Below the pieces are notes generated by a model. The model worked only from the letters and a program-made list of their open reading frames with translations. It was not told where the DNA came from and did no database searches. Both the position numbers and the translations under genes were made by a program. 64,000 bases of DNA from a virus (taxonomy: Duplodnaviria; Heunggongvirae; Uroviricota; Caudoviricetes), in the IMG/VR virus record IMGVR_UViG_3300044640_001538; one strand, given 5' to 3'. Positions 55,230-64,000 of the stretch are shown here, piece by piece. Position 1 is the stretch's first letter. Each line of letters opens with the position of its first letter.

Positions 55230-57200
55230 ATGAGTTATAATCTTATAGAATCTCAAATTGATTCAATATTAAAACCAAAAGGAGCAACATCTCCTTGGGG
55301 TCCCAACGATGCACCAATATTAATTGTTTTAGGACAATCTAATAGTTACGGTCACGCTACAACATTACCTGCTGGAGAACAAATAACTACAGCCTATGCT
55401 AATGTACTTACATTAGATAGAACAGCTAGCTCTAACGCACTTTATAATGCAAATGTCGGAGCAAGTTCAATAGCTTGGACAGGGTTGACATCATTCGGTA
55501 GACATAATATTGCTACCACTAACAACACATTAGGAGCTCAAGACCACACATGTAATGCCGCTAATCAATTAGCTAGACTTTGGCAAGCACATATTACTGC
55601 TGGTAACGCTATGGGACTTCCTAATTTATACACTATTCTTATGGGATGGGGTTCTCAAGGAATTGATACTTCATTGTCAGGCAGTGGTGTAGACAGATGG
55701 TCGCCTGAAAGAGATGCAACAAACGTAGAATCTTTGTACCCTAGAGCTGTAAAAACTTTGTACTATGCAATACAAAATCTTAGAAACGCGGGTAAAAACC
55801 CTAGAATCATAGCTGTACATTGGAACCAATGGGAATCAGAAGCTGGATTTACAGATGCTGCATCATTTAACTCTTTAAAAAACTTCCAAAAAATAGTAGC
55901 AGGTGTTAACGATGCTTTAGGTTCTAATGAAGTTCCTTGGAGATTTTTCTACCCTTTATCTACAATATATCCAGCAGCAAGAACTGCTAGAGTAAGAGTT
56001 GCTATAGACTCTTTAATTAAGAGTGACCCTATTCGTTTTTCTTTATTAGATACAAGAACTGCACCTCACTACACAGGAACTTCTCCTGCATTTGGAGTAT
56101 TTGGAGGAGATAATGTACATTACAATATCGCCACTCAAAAATGGTTTGGGCAAAAAGAGTGGGACAGAATTTTAGAAGGTTGGAAAGGAGTAGCTTTACC
56201 AGAAACTAAAGGTAAACTACCTGCTTTATTAGCAAGTAATGTTTCAGTGGTTAATGATTTAACTACAGGTGGAACAACAACTGCTTTATCTGCGGAACAA
56301 GGAAAAATATTAAACACTTTAATCCCTAAAACTACAGAGTGGGAAGCTTATAAGTTCAATACAGGAATTGTAGCTAATACAACTACAAACCAGTTAGCAG
56401 CAACCACTTTAAAAACTACATCTGGATATGTTTATCAAATAGAAACTGTCGTAGATGCAACAACGGGTAAGAAAGTATTTTTACCAAAAGCTATATCAGG
56501 AACGGGAAGTAGTGGAGGACAAGTATTATTAGTATCTGATGCTACACCTACAGATGGTAAATTTGGCTATTATGAATGGGACCAAGTAGGAAACCCTTCT
56601 GTATCTATCTGCTTAGCAGTTAAACCTAGAACTGTTGCAAACACTTACAACACTTTAGGGTATGGATACTTTGCATTATGGATTGATGCCTTATATACAG
56701 GAAAACCTGTTTTTAGTTCTATAGGTATTACAGCGGCAGGGACCACACACGATACGGGAACTCCTTTTGCAATGGTTTGGGATTTAGCAAACATGGGCGC
56801 AGGAAATACAGGTATTAGAGTTATGCCTTTTACAGGAACACCTACAGCTGGAGTATATTCAGGAACACCTACTATTACAGCAACTCCTTTAACTAACCAA
56901 GCTAAACCTTTAATTACAGGATGGTCAATGACTACTTTGGTTAAATGGAGAGCAGGATTACTTGCAGCTAATAATGGAACACTAACCGTAGAATGGTACG
57001 ACACTGCAACATCTACTTGGAAAGTAGCTATTCAACAAAGAAACATGAATGCAATCAGAACTGTAGGAAATAATTTTGATGCAGGTCAATTAGCATTATT
57101 ATACGGGATGTCATCAATAGCAAACAATAGCGTTGCAAATATGAATTTAGCTTTATCGGGAGCTAGGATGACAAACATAACTTTTAAAAGCGACGACTAA
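55230..57200 (+). CDS. tail fibre/spike with SGNH-hydrolase (sialate-O-acetylesterase-like) domain
   Basis: N-terminal LIVLGQSNSYGH (GQSN block I of the SASA/SGNH esterases); long Thr/Gly-rich beta-rich C-terminus. Confidence 0.55.
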   Translation: MSYNLIESQIDSILKPKGATSPWGPNDAPILIVLGQSNSYGHATTLPAGEQITTAYANVLTLDRTASSNALYNANVGASSIAWTGLTSFGRHNIATTNNTLGAQDHTCNAANQLARLWQAHITAGNAMGLPNLYTILMGWGSQGIDTSLSGSGVDRWSPERDATNVESLYPRAVKTLYYAIQNLRNAGKNPRIIAVHWNQWESEAGFTDAASFNSLKNFQKIVAGVNDALGSNEVPWRFFYPLSTIYPAARTARVRVAIDSLIKSDPIRFSLLDTRTAPHYTGTSPAFGVFGGDNVHYNIATQKWFGQKEWDRILEGWKGVALPETKGKLPALLASNVSVVNDLTTGGTTTALSAEQGKILNTLIPKTTEWEAYKFNTGIVANTTTNQLAATTLKTTSGYVYQIETVVDATTGKKVFLPKAISGTGSSGGQVLLVSDATPTDGKFGYYEWDQVGNPSVSICLAVKPRTVANTYNTLGYGYFALWIDALYTGKPVFSSIGITAAGTTHDTGTPFAMVWDLANMGAGNTGIRVMPFTGTPTAGVYSGTPTITATPLTNQAKPLITGWSMTTLVKWRAGLLAANNGTLTVEWYDTATSTWKVAIQQRNMNAIRTVGNNFDAGQLALLYGMSSIANNSVANMNLALSGARMTNITFKSDD

Positions 57201-57246
57201 TAAATAAAACAAGTTAACACATATATTAATTTAACACGTACAAAAA

Positions 57247-60200
57247 ATGAGTACAATAGAAAACTTGGCACACAAAGTAACAATAGACAAATTAGGAGAA
57301 GGGGTATTTCTCCACAAAAAACACAAGGATAAAGACGACGGATTTATTTTCACAAAAGGATTTGGTGTAGTAAATGAAGAATATATCTGGTTCTACACAC
57401 CAGACGGAAAAGTACAAGGAAAACACAGAATTGTAGACACCTATGTAGACGGAGTTGTTTACCCAGACAAAGATGCATTATCTTTAAAATTAAAAGAGAT
57501 AGGGCATATTATTTATGACGCAACAGCCGCTGCACCAGCAGATTATACAGATGTTTTAAATAGTATTTTAGAAGCAGTTGATGGATTAGAGTTAAACACA
57601 GAAAATATTAACTTAAATGCAGAGCAAATAAATTTAAACACAGACGAAGTTGAAGAACTTTTAACTGATATTAAAGACTTATTAACGGCTGATACAATAG
57701 GGGTTGATTGCGATACACCTTCATTTACTAAAGACTGTGACAGAGCAGAATTATTAGATAAATTAAATGAAGTAGCAACACTTATTACAGAAAACGCTTC
57801 TGAAAATACAACAGATTTATCTACAATATTAAACGCTATAAAATTAGTTGCAGATTCTATACAAACAAACACTGCAACTTCTAACACAAACGAAGCGTTA
57901 ATAATCACAGAATTAGAAACAGCTAATACAAACCTAGAGGAAGTAAAAGCATCAATAGAGTTTGCTCAAGATGTGTTTCAAGTAGAAGATTGTGAAGGAA
58001 ATCCAATAGGAGCCGAACAAAATATTTTAAAAGTAGTACAGCTGTCAAAACAGTCTGTTAATATCTGTAATATTCAAGAATTAGCAGATGCTATAAACAA
58101 TGGAGCTTTAGATTACACTACATTATTAACTTCTATAGATACTAAATTAAACGAGTTAGAAGTAATCACGGCGGAATTAGAAACTGCTAATACAACCCTA
58201 ACATCCATTGAGGGAGATACAACAGCAATTTCAACAAATACAGCTGACATTTTAACTCAAGTTACTACTTCTAATACAAAGTTAGAAGATATTAAAACTA
58301 AGTTAGATACTCAAATAACTTTACTTGGAGAATTAAAGACAGAATTAGTTGATGTCAATGTAAGTTTAGATACAGCTAATGCAACTTTAAATACAATTAG
58401 TGGTGATGTAGCTTTAATAAAAGCCGACATTGCAGATATTAAAGTAGATATCGCCGCAATAAAAACTTCTGTACAAGCTATTGAGGCAGACACTGAAGAG
58501 ATTAAAGTAGCAGTACAATCAATTGATACAAAATTAACAACTGTAAACGACCACTTAACTACTATTGAAGGTAAGTTAGATACAATTAACACAACATTAC
58601 AAACAGAATTTGACCAAACTCAAGAGAAGTTAGACGATGTAATTACAGCTTTAGAATTTGCTCAAGATACATTCCAAATAAAAGATTGCGACGGCGTTGA
58701 TGTAGGAACTCCAGAGAACGTATTAAAAGTAGTTCAACTATCAAAACAAACGGCAGATATCTGTAATACAGATGATATTACAACTCCTATTGTAGATAAG
58801 TTAGATGAGATTTTACTTGCAATTAACTCTACAGAGGCTCCAGATTATACAGCTTTATTAACATCTATTGACACAAAATTAGATGAGTTAGCTGTAATAA
58901 CAACAGAATTAGAAACTGCCAACACAACTTTAACAGGAATTAAAGTAGATACGGCGGGAATAAAAACTGATACAGCAGGAATACTAACTCAAGTAACAAC
59001 TGCAAATACTAATTTAGTAAACATAAAAACTGAATTAGAAGCACAGACAACAAAGCTTGAAGATATTAAAACTTTAATTACAACTACAAACACAGAATTA
59101 GTAGCTGTAAACGCAGAGTTAGATACAATTAGTGGTAATATCCTTACAATAAAAAATGATATTGCAACTATTAAAGCTGACATTGCTGATATTAAAACTG
59201 GTGTTCAAAGTATTGACATAAAGCTAAACACGGTAATTGATATTTTAGAAAATATTGATACTGTTTTAGGACTAATACAAGACAGTTTATTAAACATTAC
59301 AGATATCTTACAAGATATTAAAGACGAGTTAGACTATGAATTAGTTTACACGGCGGCAACAAAAGTAAATAACAGTATTGCTAATTTCTATTCAAGAGAA
59401 AAAATAGTTTGGGATTCTGAAACAAATGCAGAAATTTCAAGAGTAACAGAATTTTCAACAGATGGTGTAGCTTGGACAGTTACAGCACCAACAGGAACTT
59501 TATTAATTGGATGGCTTGTAGAAGACACATCAACAGCATTACTTGACAAATTAGATGATGTAATCGCTGCAATTAATGATACGTCTGCCGCAGAACAAGT
59601 AATCTTAACTTCAATTGACACTAAATTAGAGGATTTAGCAGATATTAAAACAGAACTTGTAACTGCAAACACAACTTTGTCTGGAATTAAAACAGATACA
59701 ACGGACATTAATACCAACTTATTAGACGTTATTTCTAATTTAGATACACAAATAACTCTTTTAACAGATATTAAGGCTGAGGCGGTAGCTGGTAACGTTA
59801 AACTAGAAGATATTAAGGCGTTGTTAATTACAATTGACACAAATATTGAAGGTATTAGAAACGATTTAGTCGAAGTAAAAACCGACGTTGCCGCAATAAA
59901 AGCAAGTACTGCAAGCATTGATACTAAATTAACTTCGGTTGTTAGTAGCTTAACTGCTATTGAAGGTAAGCTTGATACGTTACATTCTGATTTAACTACA
60001 ATAAACTCAACATTACAAACAGAGTTTGACCAAACGCAAACTAAATTAGACGAAGTTGTAACTGCTTTAGAATACGCTCAAGACACTTTCCAATTACAAG
60101 ACTGTGAAGGTAATGATATCGGTGTACCAGAAAATGTAATTAAAGTAATACAAATAGCAAAACAAGAAGCTAAAGTTTGTAATACAGCAGAAATCTCTGA

Positions 60201-60579
60201 CCCGATTGTTGCCGCAATAGAAGCTCAAGCAGGAGTAGGTAAAAAACAAGATTTATTAACTTGGGTTGCAGCGGCTACAAATGTACTTTCAATACCACAA
60301 GGTAAGTTCAACACCATATCTTTACTTGCTTCAAAAGGAGAATTTAAAATTGAAAATAATTTTAATGATTTTTCAAGCGATTTTAGTTTTTCTGCTGGTA
60401 CTTTAAATACTTTTATTGAAATCTCAAGTGACGGAGTAGGAACAGCTTCAGGAGCAACAGACTTACCACAAGGAATTGATACAAGAGCAAATTCAAAAGA
60501 CTTAAACCCTTTAGCCAACAGTTACACTATTACGTGTGTAAGGGCAGGTGTTCTAACCATAGAAGCTTACAGAGAATAG
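57247..60579 (+). CDS. 1110-aa fibrous coiled-coil protein with three to four internal repeats of about 230 aa (tail fibre/whisker candidate)
   Basis: Repeats visible in DNA at about 57.95, 58.65 and 60.07 kb ((I/L)E(F/Y)AQD(V/T)FQ..DC(E/D)G.....(A/P)E(Q/N)(I/V)(L/I)KV(V/I)Q(L/I)(S/A)KQ); periodic LTSIDTKL/ETANTTLT units; strong terminator downstream. Confidence 0.55.
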   Translation: MSTIENLAHKVTIDKLGEGVFLHKKHKDKDDGFIFTKGFGVVNEEYIWFYTPDGKVQGKHRIVDTYVDGVVYPDKDALSLKLKEIGHIIYDATAAAPADYTDVLNSILEAVDGLELNTENINLNAEQINLNTDEVEELLTDIKDLLTADTIGVDCDTPSFTKDCDRAELLDKLNEVATLITENASENTTDLSTILNAIKLVADSIQTNTATSNTNEALIITELETANTNLEEVKASIEFAQDVFQVEDCEGNPIGAEQNILKVVQLSKQSVNICNIQELADAINNGALDYTTLLTSIDTKLNELEVITAELETANTTLTSIEGDTTAISTNTADILTQVTTSNTKLEDIKTKLDTQITLLGELKTELVDVNVSLDTANATLNTISGDVALIKADIADIKVDIAAIKTSVQAIEADTEEIKVAVQSIDTKLTTVNDHLTTIEGKLDTINTTLQTEFDQTQEKLDDVITALEFAQDTFQIKDCDGVDVGTPENVLKVVQLSKQTADICNTDDITTPIVDKLDEILLAINSTEAPDYTALLTSIDTKLDELAVITTELETANTTLTGIKVDTAGIKTDTAGILTQVTTANTNLVNIKTELEAQTTKLEDIKTLITTTNTELVAVNAELDTISGNILTIKNDIATIKADIADIKTGVQSIDIKLNTVIDILENIDTVLGLIQDSLLNITDILQDIKDELDYELVYTAATKVNNSIANFYSREKIVWDSETNAEISRVTEFSTDGVAWTVTAPTGTLLIGWLVEDTSTALLDKLDDVIAAINDTSAAEQVILTSIDTKLEDLADIKTELVTANTTLSGIKTDTTDINTNLLDVISNLDTQITLLTDIKAEAVAGNVKLEDIKALLITIDTNIEGIRNDLVEVKTDVAAIKASTASIDTKLTSVVSSLTAIEGKLDTLHSDLTTINSTLQTEFDQTQTKLDEVVTALEYAQDTFQLQDCEGNDIGVPENVIKVIQIAKQEAKVCNTAEISDPIVAAIEAQAGVGKKQDLLTWVAAATNVLSIPQGKFNTISLLASKGEFKIENNFNDFSSDFSFSAGTLNTFIEISSDGVGTASGATDLPQGIDTRANSKDLNPLANSYTITCVRAGVLTIEAYRE

Positions 60580-60588
60580 ACAAAGATT

Positions 60589-60613
60589 AGGGGAGTTAAG
60601 TCTCCCCTTTTTT
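60589..60613 (+). terminator. rho-independent terminator (AGGGGAG-TTAAGT-CTCCCCT plus T5)
   Basis: 7-bp GC stem plus a U-tract. Confidence 0.75.
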
Positions 60614-60634
60614 AACTAACACACACTTTTAACA

Positions 60635-60668
60635 TTTTGCAAAATTGATATTAAATAAGTATCTTTGC
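60635..60668 (+). promoter_or_regulatory. plus-strand Bacteroidetes-type promoter (TTTG-N20-TATCTTTG)
   Basis: TTG at 60637..60639 and TATCTTTG at 60660..60667. Confidence 0.5.
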
Positions 60669-60705
60669 AAAACTAACAACATAGGGATTTTTAATAATAA
60701 AAATT

Positions 60706-62256
60706 ATGTTTGAACAAAATTCACGAAGAATAATAACAGATGTATCCGCTTTACCTTTAACAGGAGAGACGAGATACATTTATCGTTTAACAACAGACGG
60801 AGCATTTTATGTATGGAATGACGTAACATCTGCATTCGATAAAATAACAAATGACGCTCAAGCAGGTTACACATCAAAAGTACAGCACGAAGTAAAATTA
60901 GCAGAAGATATTACTATTGGACAAGCTGTATATGTAAGTGGTGCAGATGGTACAAACATGCTTGTAGCAAAAGCCTCTAACACAACAGAAGCTTTATCAA
61001 GTAAAACTTTAGGGTTATTATTAACCAGCGGCGTTACGAACAATAAAAGACAAGTAATAACAGAAGGACTTTTTACAGGATTAAATACAAGTACTGCAAC
61101 AATAGGGGACCCAGTTTGGTTAGGAACTAATGGAGATTTAATCTACGGTCTTGCTAATAAACCAGTGGCTCCAGCACATTTAGTTTATATTGGAGTTGTA
61201 ACAAGAGTAAACTCAAGCAATGGAGAAATTTTTGTACATGTCCAAAACGGATACGAATTAGAAGAATTACACAATGTTCTAATTTCTTCTTTAGCAGACG
61301 GAGATATTTTAAAATATGACAGCGCTTCTGGACTTTGGAAAAACCTAAAAGAAACAAAAGCAAATTATATAGAAACAAATGTAACAGCTCCAGGGTTTAT
61401 TCAAAACAAACCTACAATAACAACAGGAGTAGGAATACCAATTGGTTCAGCTACAACAGGTTCTATTTATTTAGAAAATGATATTTTAGGAAATAGTATT
61501 GGAAGTTATGTTTACAACGGAACAGCCTGGGTATCTTTGGCATTCAGTCAAGTACAAGCAGATTGGACAGAAGTAGATACAAGTGACCCAAGTTATATAA
61601 AGAATAAACCTACATTAGCTAACGTAGCTACTTCTGGGGACTACACTTCTTTATTAAACAAGCCTGTAATACCAGCCGCACAAATACAAAGTGACTATAC
61701 ACAAACGGATAACTTACAATTAGATTTTATTAAAAATAAACCTGATTTAAGTGTTTATGAATTAGTTGCAAATAAAGGAGTGCCAAATGGATATGTACCT
61801 TTAAATGGAAGTGGATTAATTGACTCATCATTTTTATCTATAGCAGGTACCGAATATCGAGGTACGTGGAGTGCTGTAACTAATACACCTACTCTTACAG
61901 ATGGTTCAGGTACTAATGGTTGGTTTTACTATGTTTCTGATGACGCCCAAGTAGATTTAGGAAGTGGACCTATAGATTTTAAAGAAGGGAATATTGTCAT
62001 ATATGACACTGTATCTGGACAATGGAAAAAAGTAGGAGGACAACAATTAATCACAAATGATTTAGATATTTCAGTAACAGACTTTACTTCAACATCTGTT
62101 TATTATTATGGTGGAAATTCAGATGCTGGAGATTGGCAAGTGAACAAATGGGTTGTCGCAACAAATATAAAATCAATAGCAAATGTAACAAATAACGCAA
62201 CATATACATCTTTACCTACAGCGTGGGTTGATAGACTAACTTTAAATTATATATAA
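60706..62256 (+). CDS. tail fibre-like protein
   Basis: Ser/Thr/Gly/Asn-rich; sits in the fibre gene cluster. Confidence 0.4.
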   Translation: MFEQNSRRIITDVSALPLTGETRYIYRLTTDGAFYVWNDVTSAFDKITNDAQAGYTSKVQHEVKLAEDITIGQAVYVSGADGTNMLVAKASNTTEALSSKTLGLLLTSGVTNNKRQVITEGLFTGLNTSTATIGDPVWLGTNGDLIYGLANKPVAPAHLVYIGVVTRVNSSNGEIFVHVQNGYELEELHNVLISSLADGDILKYDSASGLWKNLKETKANYIETNVTAPGFIQNKPTITTGVGIPIGSATTGSIYLENDILGNSIGSYVYNGTAWVSLAFSQVQADWTEVDTSDPSYIKNKPTLANVATSGDYTSLLNKPVIPAAQIQSDYTQTDNLQLDFIKNKPDLSVYELVANKGVPNGYVPLNGSGLIDSSFLSIAGTEYRGTWSAVTNTPTLTDGSGTNGWFYYVSDDAQVDLGSGPIDFKEGNIVIYDTVSGQWKKVGGQQLITNDLDISVTDFTSTSVYYYGGNSDAGDWQVNKWVVATNIKSIANVTNNATYTSLPTAWVDRLTLNYI

Positions 62257-62258
62257 TT

Positions 62259-64000
62259 ATGGCTTGGAGTTTTGACGTAACAGCAAACATACCACGATTA
62301 ACACAATCGGGGACAGATACAGGATTAGCAGGTATTGCAACAGCTATTACAGCAGTAGCTAGGGTTGCAAGAAGTACAGCATATACAACAGTAATGTTAA
62401 GAAAGCCACCTATTGATAATGGTATGTGGTATAGATGTTCAACTGCTGGAACTTCAGCAGCAACAGAACCAATCTACAATTCAACACTTGGTAGCACTAC
62501 AACAGATGGAACTTCTGTCTGGACTGCATTTAAAGCACCTGATGTACAAACATTAGGAACAACAAACCATTATTATATGCCTGCTATTAGAGTTCAAATT
62601 ACAGGAACTTTAACCAACGCAAACCCACAACAACAAAACTTCCACTGTTTAGATTTATTTATTTTTGCAGGTAACTTTATAAGTGGTGCTTGGGCAAGTG
62701 ATGGAGTTACACCACGTTGGGACGGGGTGCATTTTGCAACAACAAGAACTAATGCAAGTGGAGCAGACCCGAGTGCATTTTTTATTCAAAATAATGGTCA
62801 ATGTACTTTTATTGGTGGAGAAGTTCAAGTTTCAGGTGGTATAAGTTTTGATAGCGGAACAACTCCAAGAACATATAAAACAAGATGGAGAAACACTAAA
62901 GAATTTGGAGCATCTTCGGCTCGTTTTAGAAGTTACACTACAAATGCTATATTTGAAAATGTTGAAATATACGATATAGCTTTTGACTTGTTTAGAATGC
63001 CAACAGTTCCACCAAGTATTAAAGCAATAGGCTCGGAATACGTTTATCAATATGTAGGGGCTGCTTTTGGTGGGGCAGACGCAAAGTTCGCAGCTTCTGC
63101 TTTAGAAAACCCTGATGGAACTTACGACTTTGACAATTTTGCAAGTGGCTGGGTAGAACTTTATAATTGCGCTAAAGGCGCAAACTTAAACGTAGTCACA
63201 CAACACCCAAGTTCAACTTTTTGGGTTAAACACTTAGTGCCTTTATATCAAGATTTAAGAATTACAGCAAAAGATACAAGCGGAGCAGTACTTGAAAACG
63301 TAAGATTTAATTGTACAGATACACCTACAAACAGCCCAACGGTTACTTTTACAACAGCAGGAAATCTAAAAACTTGGGATTTTAGAAACCCTTTCAGTTA
63401 CGAAACAACTACAAATGCAAGTGGGATAGCTTTATCAACTCCTGCGTTACAGGCTTGGTATTGGGAAGGTTCATTTAAAAAGAATTTAAGATTTCCTTTA
63501 AGTACAGCAACGTATCAAGGTAGAGCATACAACTATAAAACGATGAATGTTTCAGTTGTTTTAGGCTCAAATAGTATTCAAGACGTTAGTGCAGGTATGG
63601 TTGCATTAGATACAGCTACAACTATTACAGAAACGGCTGCAAGTGCAATTACAGGAATTACTCTAACTCCAAGTGGAGCAACAGGTGGAACAATTACAAT
63701 CAGCTCAAACCACGAATACAAAGATGTTTGGGAATACTACAGATGGTGGATTTCACAATTTGCAAATAAAACTTCAAATGATACTTGGACTTGCACAGGG
63801 GGAATTTTAAATACTCAAAACTGGAATATTGTAGTTAACAGTGGAGTGACACTTTCAGGCTCATCTAATATTTCAACTATAAAAACATTAGGTACGGTTA
63901 CAAATAATGGTTCAATTACAAGCACCTATGCGGATTCAACAGGAGTTTATGCAAAGTTATTAGTAAACGGTTTATCAACTAATATGATTGCCAAGTTAAT
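62259..64000 (+). CDS. partial CDS (runs off the window), tail fibre/tailspike-like (MAWSFDVTANIPRLTQSG...)
   Basis: Uninterrupted frame from ATG 62259 to the window end by hand translation; Thr/Ser/Gly/Asn-rich, beta-rich composition. Confidence 0.45.
   Translation, partial: MAWSFDVTANIPRLTQSGTDTGLAGIATAITAVARVARSTAYTTVMLRKPPIDNGMWYRCSTAGTSAATEPIYNSTLGSTTTDGTSVWTAFKAPDVQTLGTTNHYYMPAIRVQITGTLTNANPQQQNFHCLDLFIFAGNFISGAWASDGVTPRWDGVHFATTRTNASGADPSAFFIQNNGQCTFIGGEVQVSGGISFDSGTTPRTYKTRWRNTKEFGASSARFRSYTTNAIFENVEIYDIAFDLFRMPTVPPSIKAIGSEYVYQYVGAAFGGADAKFAASALENPDGTYDFDNFASGWVELYNCAKGANLNVVTQHPSSTFWVKHLVPLYQDLRITAKDTSGAVLENVRFNCTDTPTNSPTVTFTTAGNLKTWDFRNPFSYETTTNASGIALSTPALQAWYWEGSFKKNLRFPLSTATYQGRAYNYKTMNVSVVLGSNSIQDVSAGMVALDTATTITETAASAITGITLTPSGATGGTITISSNHEYKDVWEYYRWWISQFANKTSNDTWTCTGGILNTQNWNIVVNSGVTLSGSSNISTIKTLGTVTNNGSITSTYADSTGVYAKLLVNGLSTNMIAKL

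Noticed and set aside
37067-61378. Minus-strand track ORFs antisense to the late plus-strand genes (37067..37366, 37593..37832, 38138..38452, 42452..42760, 42826..43065, 43287..43472, 44946..45146, 45225..45584, 45990..46463, 47270..47461, 48250..48441, 48640..48900, 52309..52623, 52820..53014, 54264..54524, 56135..56317, 56645..57004, 57543..57908, 58311..58592, 58989..59183, 59388..59918, 60225..60518, 61154..61378, 62832..63050)
   Set aside because: They are antisense to strongly supported structural genes. The Ser/Ala/Val-rich composition mirrors the Thr/Ala/Glu-rich sense proteins and repeats.
1-64000. CRISPR arrays, rRNA genes, additional complete IS elements (tnpA, inverted-repeat ends)
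   Set aside because: No short, regularly spaced direct repeats, no rRNA-like conserved blocks, and no transposase other than the solo tnpB were seen. The GC-palindrome copies are irregularly spaced and gene-associated, so they are not CRISPR repeats.

Overview
This window is AT-rich (about 30% GC) phage or prophage DNA with Bacteroidetes-type promoters (TTG-N19/20-TAnnTTTG). A tyrosine integrase and a lipoprotein gene lie at the left end. Then comes a long run (about 2.1-35.8 kb) of small, mostly acidic early genes, all on the minus strand. Embedded in this run are a replication/recombination set (RecA/UvsX-like, SF2 helicase, prim-pol/PriCT protein, PhoH, a possible SSB), three freestanding homing-endonuclease genes (GIY-YIG, HNH-AP2, T5orf172), an SPFH protein and a tRNA-Gln(UUG). 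The most unusual element is a tightly coupled minus-strand operon with its own promoter: a 44-aa ribbon-helix-helix protein, then a solo IS605-type TnpB (RuvC D/E/D intact, no TnpA), then a phage GroEL-like chaperonin. From about 35.9 kb the genes switch to the plus strand: small middle genes, a T4-like large terminase, a 931-aa putative portal, a scaffold-like protein, and two abundant roughly 570-aa structural proteins each followed by a strong terminator. A lysis cassette (three membrane proteins plus an M15 peptidase endolysin) sits inside the structural module. Downstream are an LRR protein, a collagen-like fibre, an SGNH/sialate-O-acetylesterase-like fibre, a 1110-aa repetitive coiled-coil fibre, and more fibre genes that run off the window. 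Two further features are unexplained by the genes: a GC-rich palindromic roughly 30-bp motif (TTTTCGCGCGAAAA core) repeated more than 20 times upstream of early genes, and a 1.9-kb non-coding region (14.6-16.3 kb).
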